From a virus (Duplodnaviria; Caudoviricetes), in the IMG/VR virus record IMGVR_UViG_3300020336_000268, positions 1 to 24,570 of that record: a stretch of 24,570 nucleotides of DNA; one strand, 5' to 3'. A program made the translations under genes and the position numbers. The first letter of the stretch is position 1, and every line of letters starts with the position of its first letter. Of the stretch, positions 24,016-24,570 are shown piece after piece. Under the pieces are notes generated by a model, which worked only from the letters and a program-made list of their open reading frames with translations, searched no databases and had not been told where the DNA came from.

Positions 24016-24570
24016 GCTTTCACTAAACTTTCTCTAAATATTTCCCAGGCTCGTTCCCAAGACCATAGCTTACTTTCATTGTATACTTGTTTTCTATCTA
24101 AGTCAAGAGCGTTTGTTACAGAAGTGTTAAGATTTTTATCCATAATGCCTGTGACTCCTTGTTCGATTACATCTAAAGGACCTTGTACCGGATAGGCAGC
24201 AACAGGAGTACCACAAGCCATAGCTTCTATCATTACCAGTCCAAAAGTATCCCAACAACTAGGAAACACAAACACATCTGCCTGTTGATAATAATCCGCA
24301 AGTTCCTGTCCTCGCTTTGCGCCTACAAACATAACATCTGGATATTTCTTTTTGTATTCTTCAAGTTTAGGTCCATCGCCTACTTGTATCTTTGTGCCTG
24401 GAACTTCAAGTTCATAAAACTTTTCAAGATTCTTTTCAGTACTAACACGGCTGACATTGAGTAGTACAGGCATTGCAGAACGAGTTGTCCTCGCGGCAGG
24501 TTTGAATAGTTCTCTATCAACACCTCGTGTCCACGGCTTTACATTATCTCCAAACCCGTGTCTTTTTAAT
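24012..24570 (-). CDS. GT4 glycosyltransferase (Agt/MgtA-like), C-terminal part; start lies outside the window
   Basis: Frame open to the window edge (...KPWTRGVDRELFKP...); VSRVSTEKN, VGDGP, ADVFVFPS..DTFGLV.IEAMACGTPVAAYPV.GP.DV. Confidence 0.9.
   Translation of the reverse strand, partial: LKRHGFGDNVKPWTRGVDRELFKPAARTTRSAMPVLLNVSRVSTEKNLEKFYELEVPGTKIQVGDGPKLEEYKKKYPDVMFVGAKRGQELADYYQQADVFVFPSCWDTFGLVMIEAMACGTPVAAYPVQGPLDVIEQGVTGIMDKNLNTSVTNALDLDRKQVYNESKLWSWERAWEIFRESLVKA

Noticed and set aside
1-24570. Stop-codon reassignment as seen in some large phages
   Set aside because: TAA, TAG and TGA all end full-length recognisable genes, and coding density is high under the standard code.

Overview
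This window is best read as part of a large, AT-rich dsDNA bacteriophage genome (T4-like or 'huge phage' type, standard genetic code, probably with an aquatic proteobacterial host). Support comes from T4 late-promoter-like TAAATA/TAAGTA boxes in most intergenic gaps, near-perfect sigma70 promoters, class Ia nrdAB plus glutaredoxin, a PD-(D/E)XK exonuclease, virion-type proteins and dense gene packing. A minus-strand block (1-17090) carries a Rieske-less ring-hydroxylating oxygenase homologue, a cold-shock protein, YbaN, a PAAR-peptidase fusion, nrdAB, a beta-helix fibre, head-type proteins, and three adjacent nucleotidyltransferases (ligase-like, CCA-adding, Pol-beta-like) with N-termini resembling T4 capsid-targeting signals. 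A plus-strand island (17271-22229) holds a GC-rich structured RNA leader, several small proteins and a compact haem/tetrapyrrole operon, hemF-(29-aa membrane peptide)-hemC-hemE-hemB, apparently driven by a leaderless phage late promoter. A final minus-strand block carries prs, a methyltransferase and an Agt-like glycosyltransferase. All functional calls are from motif recognition only; no searches were run.
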